From the NCBI RefSeq assembly GCF_001194135.2, contig NC_068984.1, forward strand, positions 61,365,164 through 61,404,566: a stretch of DNA of 39,403 nt, written 5' to 3'. The translations under genes and the position numbers were made by a program. The notes under the pieces are model-generated. The model did no database searches. It saw nothing but the letters and a program-made list of their open reading frames with translations, and had not been told where the DNA came from. This document shows positions 37,400-39,403 of the stretch, one piece after another (position 1 is the stretch's first letter; each line of letters opens with the position of its first letter). The DNA is from Octopus bimaculoides. Its lineage: Eukaryota.

Positions 37400-37400
37400 C
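37323..37400. repeat. (TTA)n microsatellite at the 5' truncation point of the Penelope-like element
   Basis: Directly visible; gives the poly-Ile N-terminus of ORF 37016..37414. Confidence 0.95.
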
Positions 37401-37479
37401 ATAAGGTTTTTCACGCTAACTACTTGATAAATTCTTATAAAGACTTTATCCTAATATTATATGATATATATATATATAT

Positions 37480-37600
37480 ATTGGAAGGTTTGGAGGTGAT
37501 GTACAGGAATTATATTATAGAAGAAAATTAAGGTACTCAGAAATCTGGATGGTTGTACATTTACAGATTTTTGTTAATGTGTCACATGTTTTATAAATCA
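37480..37600 (-). mobile_element. Possible truncated Penelope-type terminal-repeat remnant beside (TA)n
   Basis: TTGGAAGGTTTGGAGGTGATGTAC...GGTACTCAGAAATCTGGATGGTTGTACATTTACAG resembles from memory an abundant octopus TA-flanked repeat. No hammerhead core remains. Confidence 0.3.
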
Positions 37601-37931
37601 TATAAAGCGCTTTTCACCTAATCGTGCAGGATTTTCAAATTTTTGATTTCACCTTGCGATGCCGTCTCTTTATATATATAGTTTTANNNNNNNNNNGAGG
37701 AATGGAGGTAAAAGTGAGAGAGAGAGTGTGTGTGTGTTTTTGTGTGTGTGAGTGTGTGTGTTTTTGTGTTGGTGTGTGTGTCTGTGTGCGTGCGTGTGTG
37801 TGTGCCTGTGTATCTGAAAGGAGTGTCAATAGGAAAGAGAAAAGAAGAAAATTGTGTTTATAGCTGGTTAGTTCTTTCAATGACAAGTTTATTCTTGACC
37901 TTTTAAAGAAATGGTAAGACCAGGTGGCATT

Positions 37932-37964
<33 letters not shown>

Positions 37965-38508
37965 NNNNNNNNNNNNNNNNNNNNNNNNNNNNNNNNNNNN
38001 NNNNNNNNNNNNNNNNNNNNNNNNNNNNNNNNNNNNNNNNNNNNNNNNNNNNNNNNNNNNNNNNNNNNNNNNNNNNATATATATATATATATATATATAT
38101 AAATTGGAAAAATATAACAATGTTAGGGATAAAAATCCATATTTACAGGTAAAAACTCAATTAAATTCAATTTATTAAAAATTAAACTAAATTTAGTTTC
38201 ACAGTATATAATATAAATATATAGTTTTAGATATATACATTCTTTTATTATTATTATTGTTGTAATTTGACTTGACGATTAGCTATGTTTTTGAACAGAA
38301 TTGATTTTGATAATTTTAATCGATTTAAATATTTTTTCTATTTGAGAATTTGGTTATGAAACACGTGTAGTCGTTTTATTATCATGATCTCATGATATTT
38401 ACTTTGTATTATATTATACTTATTGATTGTGCTTTTACTTATTAATTTTTCTATATGAGACTGTGGATTTTCATCGATGAGTTCATGAACCTTGGTTCTT
38501 TTCTCTAA

Positions 38509-38545
<37 letters not shown>

Positions 38546-38546
<1 letters not shown>

Positions 38547-38696
38547 TCTTTTATTCTTTTACTTTTTTCATTCATTTGTCTGCGGTCATGTGGAGCACCG
38601 CCTTTAATCGAACAAATCAACCCCAGGACTTATTCTATGTAAGCATAGTACTTATGCTATCGGTCTCTTATGTCGAATCGCTAAGTTACGCGCTCA
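38546..38696 (-). mobile_element. tRNA-derived SINE family 2, 3' part
   Basis: CTGCGGTCATGTGGAGCACCGCCTTTAATCGAACAAATCAACCCCAGGACTTATTCT...CTATCGGTCTC...CGCTAAGTTACG is homologous to 23062-23220. Confidence 0.8.
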
Positions 38697-39146
38697 TATA
38701 TATATATATATGGAAATATTCAATAAAGATACAGATGATTCTTAATTATTTACATTCTGTATTATAATTATACAGGAATTCATCAAGTCGTTGACAAACA
38801 TTTTGATTTGATACTTTTCTCATGTGTGATGATTATTGCTTCACGAAGAAATTTCAGAAATAAAATTACTAACGGCTATACTTACAAGAAAAATCAAAGA
38901 ACCAATAAAATATGCCGAAACGAATTACTAGTCATTCGTTTCTCTGAAAAGGGTTTCTGTTGATTATACATTGACTTTACTTTACATAAAACAATTTCTG
39001 CTAAACAGCAGTGTCTATCTTCAATGTTGAACAATCGGTACCTTAAGCTTAACTCCAGTACACAATCACTCGATTTTATGAATGAATGCATATATATATA
39101 TATATTTCTATGTGTGTGTGTACGTATAAATACATATATACATATC

Positions 39147-39403
39147 GAAAAAAGGCTGCAACAATACTATGTGAAGGAGAGAGCAGACAAAGAAGCCTGG
39201 GTTATAAAAAACATTAAGTCAAACCCAAAGGCCTTCTTTCATTACGCAAAAGAAACAGCCTCAGTACGCTGCAAGATTGGACCCCTCTTCGAAAAGGATG
39301 GCTCCCTCACAGACAGTCCAACTAGGATCAGTGAGGTACTGAATGAGCAATTCAAAAGTGTCTTCACCACTCCATTGGAGCACAGACAAGTGAACAAACC
39401 AGT
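39147..39403 (+). mobile_element. CR1-like LINE ORF2 fragment (APE-RT linker), 5'-truncated, continues past the window
   Basis: Uninterrupted 85 codons: EKRLQQYYVKERADKEAWVIKNIKSNPKAFFHYAK...KIGPL...ISEVLNEQFKSVFT. NPKxFFxY and LNxxFxSVFT are typical of CR1-group ORF2. Confidence 0.85.

Noticed and set aside
1-39403. CRISPR arrays, rRNA genes or prokaryotic operons
   Set aside because: No repeat-spacer arrays, rRNA similarity or dense ORFs; the sequence is eukaryotic, repeat-rich DNA.

Overview
AT-rich, microsatellite-dense animal genomic DNA from a gapped short-read scaffold (13 N-gaps, most flanked by simple repeats). The SINE families and repeat style look like an octopus (coleoid cephalopod) genome; this is recognition from memory, not a database result. 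I found no host protein-coding gene I can name. The recognisable coding DNA is decayed retroelement sequence: four R4/Dong-like RLE LINE pieces (three stacked at 19.0-21.3 kb), a 5'-deleted Ty3/Gypsy element with PPT and 3' LTR (30-32.2 kb), a Penelope-like RT + GIY-YIG element on the minus strand (35.8-37.3 kb) and a CR1-like LINE running off the right edge. There are also many tRNA-derived SINE copies. The most interesting signals are non-coding: two type I hammerhead-ribozyme motifs (one inside a ~314-bp palindromic element whose other arm is its antisense), a tRNA-Leu(UAG) pseudogene fused to a SINE 3' tail, and a duplicated 132-bp hairpin next to a gap. Candidate small spliced exons exist on both strands but cannot be distinguished from chance without data.
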